Shown one piece after another: positions 33,550-38,180 of a DNA stretch of 38,180 nucleotides. Below the pieces are notes generated by a model. That model saw only the letters and a program-made list of their open reading frames with translations. It had not been told where the DNA came from and made no database searches. The stretch is from Psammoneis japonica (Eukaryota): NCBI GenBank assembly GCA_008632985.1, contig QPGO01000368.1, positions 1 through 38,180 on the forward strand, written 5' to 3'. Every line of letters starts with the position of its first letter. The stretch's first letter is position 1. Made by a program: the position numbers and the translations under genes.

Positions 33550-34779
33550 TTAGTTCGAATTCAATATACGACGCGACTGGAGTCGCCGTTGATATAATTT
33601 AACATACGCCACCCGCAGCAACACGATTATCTGTTCATATGTGAGGAAAGTGAAGGCTGCCGTCAAGACTGTTTGAAGCAGTTTTGCTTCCAATCCTCGA
33701 AATAAACCAGCAACACCCCCTTGTTTGAAGAGTTTGCGAAAACAATCCCATGTACCATTGTAAACCATGAGAGTTCTATCTTTGGATTCTGCGTCCTGCT
33801 CTTTATGCTTTTGCTGTATTCTCAGCAGGACTTGAGCAAGCTGTAGTGGATAAGTCGCAACCGTGGCTGCAGCCTTTGCAGTGGCTCCCAGAAGGAATGC
33901 TTCGACAGGAGTGAGCCCCAACACTGTTGCTTGCTGATTTTGTCTCGGTGTTATGCGTCCCTGAAGGCTTCGAGAGATACGGTTGGCTTTCAATTGCTCG
34001 TAAAGAAAAAATTGAATTACAGGATTGGACACGAGCAAGAGGGAGGCCCATGTTCCATTCCACAAGCGAGATTTTCCTTCAACTCTTAGAATGGAATGTA
34101 CTTCTTGAAACAAGGAAGGTGTCTTGGACTCGCCTTGAACAAAACGTAAGTTCGCCACCCACAACGGATTGGTAATTAGAACATTGGCAATACCGGCTAG
34201 ACAGGAAGCGAACAACGACCTCGAGAGTGACGGGGTTTTCTTGCCTATCGAACTGGCGACGGGGAAGAGGTATCGCTTTGCCACAGCGTGCGCGTAAAAG
34301 AAAACGAAGTTGGATGCTGCCATGGTAGTAATTACAGGTGACACCCCTCTGTACAGTTCACCTTGATTTTTTAATCCAACAAGACAAGATATCAACTCAC
34401 TCCTGTTTGCTGCCGCGGACCTGTCTTCAATTGACTGCGAATGCGACGACATGGACCACGAAGCCTCGTCTTCATCGGCGGCCTCGCTTCGTTTGCGATC
34501 TTTCTGTTCCGCAAATTGAACCCAAGAATCGTCTTTTTGCTGAACACAATCCAATTTATTGTTAGATTCGTCATCACTTGATGATTCGATGTCGTCTGAA
34601 TGCTTCTCTGGTTGTTGTGCTGCTGCCGCCGACTGCATTTCGATTCGCGCCCGTTCCAACGGGAAGAACAATAACAGCGCCAAGGCCGATCCCAAGGAGC
34701 CTCCAACTGCATGAAAAATGGGTGGAAGGGCTACAGGCGCATCGCTGGGGGTTGCATATGATGCGGTTCTTGCCGCCAT
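33550..34779 (-). CDS. Mitochondrial carrier family protein, peroxisomal PMP34/SLC25A17-like
   Basis: Three carrier repeats (FPLERAR, NPLWVAN, YPLQLAQ) plus SNFVFFY, LLLVSNPVIQF and KLLQTVLTAAFTFLTYE typical of PMP34. True start is most likely MAART at 34779, not 35472. Confidence 0.88.
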   Translation of the reverse strand: MAARTASYATPSDAPVALPPIFHAVGGSLGSALALLLFFPLERARIEMQSAAAAQQPEKHSDDIESSSDDESNNKLDCVQQKDDSWVQFAEQKDRKRSEAADEDEASWSMSSHSQSIEDRSAAANRSELISCLVGLKNQGELYRGVSPVITTMAASNFVFFYAHAVAKRYLFPVASSIGKKTPSLSRSLFASCLAGIANVLITNPLWVANLRFVQGESKTPSLFQEVHSILRVEGKSRLWNGTWASLLLVSNPVIQFFLYEQLKANRISRSLQGRITPRQNQQATVLGLTPVEAFLLGATAKAAATVATYPLQLAQVLLRIQQKHKEQDAESKDRTLMVYNGTWDCFRKLFKQGGVAGLFRGLEAKLLQTVLTAAFTFLTYEQIIVLLRVAYVKLYQRRLQSRRILNSN

Positions 34780-34920
34780 GGCGTCCGATGTTACTTCTAC
34801 AAGCACATGTAACCTTACAGTAAAAGAGAAATGAGCAGTTCGGAATTTGCGGCGAGCGCGCGCTTCATGCGAAAAGCTCGGGCGCCGCGGGGGGGGGGCG
34901 GCCGCCCGTCCGTCCCGAAA

Positions 34921-36290
34921 CCAAGCATTTTGATTTCCAGGAGGAACACAACGCTCAAGTCTCGTTCCGACATCAGCGCTGATGGTTGGTGAGCTGTTTG
35001 GGACATGCCAAGTGCAAGCCACTTTCCAACTTTGCAGGCAGAGAGTAGTTTGAAGTTGTTGCCCCACAACCACAACCTTCGTTGGCAGCTCTGGGTTTGT
35101 GCAACATTGCTTTTCACACCAGCAGGATTCATCACTGCCTCCAGCAATGATTTGGTTGCACCGTTGCCGACATGGCATGAGGGAGCTGTCTGCATGAGCT
35201 TCTTTGCTTGTCACATGAACTTTCCTGCAGCATGCAAACAAGAAAAAATTCAGTGTTTGGAGAGATGTGGCACCCCACCTTTGCTGTGATCCCACTGTTG
35301 CTGAGAGCAGATTCATCATTTTGTGCATTGAACAGGTGGAGGGCAGTGTCTGTCCTTTTCTCAAGACTGCTGGCATGCATGTGAAGCAGCAACACAAGTT
35401 GTGGGCTTGGCAAGAAAGCCCCTCATGATGAGAGCTCACTTTTTCCAATCCTGTCAAACTGGAAAAGAGCAAAAGACGGTCAATGTCAACAAAGACTTTG
35501 GGTTGGTCAATTTGGCACTGGATTGCTCAGATCAGGCTTGCCAGAATGCCACCTTTTGCTGCATTTCTTCTGTGGTGTGATCCTTCATCTTCTTTGTTGT
35601 TCTTGCCACACGTCTCTTGCAGACCATGCACTTTTTGCAACAAGCCCTCCCTTTGTCTCGATCCATGCCCAAAAGTTCACGCAACAGACCATCCGTCTTT
35701 TGTGCAAGGACATTCAAGGCTGCTTGGTGCATTTGCAACTTCTGTCAACAGCTGGACTCAGCCCACACAAGCCCTGCATGTGTGGAGACCCTCGCCATGC
35801 ATGCCCTGAGGGATGCCACTGATTGAATGAGATGTGCCGGCTCCACTCAAGGCAGCAGCCTCACAAGCAATGGCACCCAAACAAGAGCTTTCCATCAAGT
35901 TTTCCTGCACTCTTCCAATCCATCATGGAGTGAGCTTTCTGATCAAGGCATTGGTTGAGTGGCTCTCCCCATGGCATGGATGGGTGCTTGGCATTGCATT
36001 CCATGCAAAAGGCAGCCAAAGTCGCCGACTTCTCATGAACAGACTTTGCTTCTTCACTGTTTGCACACTTCCACAGTGCTCAGCAACACAAGCAATCTCC
36101 AATGCAAAGTGATGGGGTAACTTCACCTCCTCTTCTGCATCCACAACAGATGGATCCTCCTTTCCAAATTGGCGTGCTTCAAGGACTCGCTTTGCATCAT
36201 TTGCGCGGATGCCACCAAGTGTCAAGACAGACTGAGTGGCTGCAGACACTGTGGTTGATTGGGTTTGGGCGTCCATGCTGACAGTTGATG
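34921..36290. other. Third TpA-depleted decayed block (element of unknown type)
   Basis: Manual tally of 2 TA versus about 21 CG in 1370 bp; no recognisable intact gene. Confidence 0.75.
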
Positions 36291-36377
36291 AGATAGATCC
36301 GAGGATGCTTCACTTTTCCAACGCTACAAAGGACACCTCTGCGACAGAAAAGAGATGTTAAGCTTCTCTATATTTTT

Positions 36378-38180
36378 CTAGGACGATCTTGTGATGACAC
36401 TGTTGAATGCGGCTTGGCTGAGGGTGACTCTTCCAGTAGATTGCTGTCGTTTTTTGCCCCGTTTCTGCTTCTCCAAGAGCTTCTTCTTTCTCGTCACGTC
36501 ACCTCCACCTACGGATTTAGAGCCACCGGTAATCAAAACGTTTTTGCGATAAGCTTGAATACGAGCACTTGCAATAATTCGCCCCCCATTTTCCGCAGCC
36601 TGAATCACAGTTACGAACTGCTGGCGCGGCAACGTTTCTCTGAGTTTTCACAGACAACTCTTCCTTCTGTCTGTGCAACGCTGACATGACAAACAAACGA
36701 AAGAGGCTCTACGATTTCTCCGTTCAACATGATATCAACCTTGGACAAATTTGCTTCTTGCAGCGGTGGGTCAGCCTCCCACGTATCAAGACTTCCGTAG
36801 CCTGCTGTGACATTCTTCAGATCGTTATCAAAATTCGTGACCACTTCACCCCAAGGCATGATTGCTTGGAAACCCACGTATCCTCGTCCATGGGGTGACT
36901 TGACAGGTCCGCCCTCGTTTACGTTTCACTAGGCTCCATTATATTGCCGNGCATGCTCCATGGGGGCGACGATCCGCACATGCACCACAGGTTCTTGGAC
37001 TGTAAATCTAGTCCCTGGTTTGGGCCAATCCGTTAGGTTTTCTACAACGTATGTGTAAGGTTCTGTTATTCTGTTGTTCTTGCTGGGGAAACATTNTTGA
37101 TGGTATATGGAACTTTCGGAGGGGTTACAACTGCATCGAGATTGAATTCATCAAGAAGTCGTTGACGGAATACTTCTACATGCAATAAGCCTTGAAACCC
37201 GACTCGTAGACCAGGCCGAGAAAGGGTCCGCCGCTGTTCCATCGTGATTTCCGGTGGATGACGTCTTGGAGACTTCCAAACCTGTATCATTCAACGCCAG
37301 CTTATCAACCGCGTGGGCAAGCTCTTCAAAGCCATCAGCTTCGGTTGGATGAACCGATGCGTACAAACTGATACCTGTGCCTTTCTTGTAGTTTCATTGT
37401 CGATAAGTAGATGTGAAGGTAAGGCAATTCCCACATGCTGTCGTCGTGTCAAGATGGTACCCGGCATAGCTTGTCTTGGGTCTCGCAGTCCAAAGCGAAC
37501 GTAACCCATTGGCCTCGACTCAGCTTTTTCGTTCGGAAGTTACTTTGGCAGCAGTATCCCGACTTCCTGCACAGAAAAAATGACCGGGTACTGTCTCCAT
37601 CAGTTCCATCTTGATTGTTACAAATTGCAATTTTGTCCCCCTCCTCCATGGGACCCTGAGAGGATTTNGCACGACACACTCCACACCACGTAGCGGGTCA
37701 AAATAGGAGTCTACAACTTGCGCTACAAGCTGGTCGTCATTCTCAAGCGATAACGCCGTCGGTGAAGGTACGTTTCGACAAACAGCATCCAATACCTTGG
37801 CTATCCCTATAACGGTTCCGAGCACTTGTCCACAAGATATCATCAGGTCATCCCAAGACAACCACTCAGACACTGTCAAGGCAACCATGAATGGGCCGAG
37901 CAAGATTCAAATCTACTTTTGTCAACGCCACCAATAGTTTGAGCTGCGCCTGACGTTGTTCGAGCTGACGTTTCTGAATGGCCATTACCTTTTCGTGAAC
38001 ATTCCATGTTGAGCTTGAATACCCTGAGTGGCATCCAGGAGCAAAATTGCACCCTGAACGAATGAAAGTGACCGCGAGACTTCGGTTCCGAAATCGCTGT
38101 GGCCTGGGGTGTCCCACCATGTTGAGCAACAACACACCAGAGGGCCCACAGCAGAAGGGTGCTTGTAAAGCATGGTGGCA
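36378..38180 (-). CDS. GUF1: Translation factor GUF1/LepA (EF-4), 5' end beyond window; many apparent frameshifts
   Basis: Fragments [62 protein letters not shown] and [20 protein letters not shown] occur in LepA order. N bases nearby suggest poor sequence quality. Confidence 0.85.

Overview
Eukaryotic, most likely diatom, nuclear DNA, judged from short GT-AG introns, an ASAF-type plastid presequence and a diatom Copia (CoDi)-like Gag. It carries about 13 compact host genes: sulfatase, mTERF, ENY2/Sus1, PPEF-type phosphatase, Rgp1-like, a thylakoid-lumen protein, DnaJ, a membrane protein, GABA aminotransferase, a 2OG-Fe(II) oxygenase-like protein, Cdt1-like, PMP34-like carrier and GUF1/LepA. 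These are interleaved with repeat-derived DNA: the 5' end of a Copia retrotransposon (1-~960), a 9.7 kb decayed block, a Helitron PIF1 relic and a third decayed block. The most striking signal is compositional. Repeat-derived DNA has lost almost all TpA dinucleotides, apparently converted to TpG/CpA, in addition to and apparently ahead of the expected CpG decay. Conserved Tyr codons of the transposon proteins read as His/Cys, repeat copies differ by TA/CA/TG at matched sites, and surviving TA sites show a context bias. This suggests a repeat-targeted T:A>C:G hypermutation process running opposite to fungal RIP. All dinucleotide counts are manual tallies and all homology calls are from motif recognition, not database searches.
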